A stretch of DNA of 36,609 nucleotides from an uncultured Clostridia bacterium. GTDB taxonomy: Bacteria > Bacillota > Clostridia > Oscillospirales > CAG-272. The notes under the pieces are model-generated. The model saw only the letters and a program-made list of their open reading frames with translations, was not told where the DNA came from and made no database searches. Both the position numbers and the translations under genes were made by a program. Of the stretch, positions 36,609 through 36,609 are shown one piece after another (position 1 is the stretch's first letter; each line of letters opens with the position of its first letter). The stretch lies in NCBI GenBank assembly GCA_947624945.1, contig CANQMJ010000003.1, positions 1-36,609 on the forward strand. Reading direction: 5' to 3'.

Positions 36609-36609
36609 G

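Overview
GC-rich (roughly 58% by eye) chromosomal segment of a Bacillota/Clostridia-type bacterium (inferred from gene content and sigmaA-type promoters). It is mostly housekeeping: metA, mnmM-like, obgE, cysK, bioY, ybaK, class A PBP, and a long minus-strand run mutS-like/nadK/argR/recN/tyrS/yjjG-like/murB/whiA/dnaE. Accessory loci include a GH2-like tail plus GH43, a VTC-DUF4956-DUF4097-like operon, a CPBP/permuted-papain/MBOAT/SGNH-LRR envelope acylation cluster, two Gfo/Idh/MocA oxidoreductases and two small compositionally foreign islets. No rRNA, tRNA, CRISPR, transposase or integrase is visible. The most distinctive non-genic signal is a structured intergenic repeat family at 197-625 (+) and, inverted, at 16245-16670. 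It has tandem units, hairpins with compensatory base changes, and a 29-bp hairpin nested inside one copy between TG dinucleotides, which looks like a REP/REPIN/MITE-like non-autonomous element system. The window also shows strong GTCGAC enrichment and GGCC/CCWGG depletion. All family assignments are from motif recognition, with no database searches.
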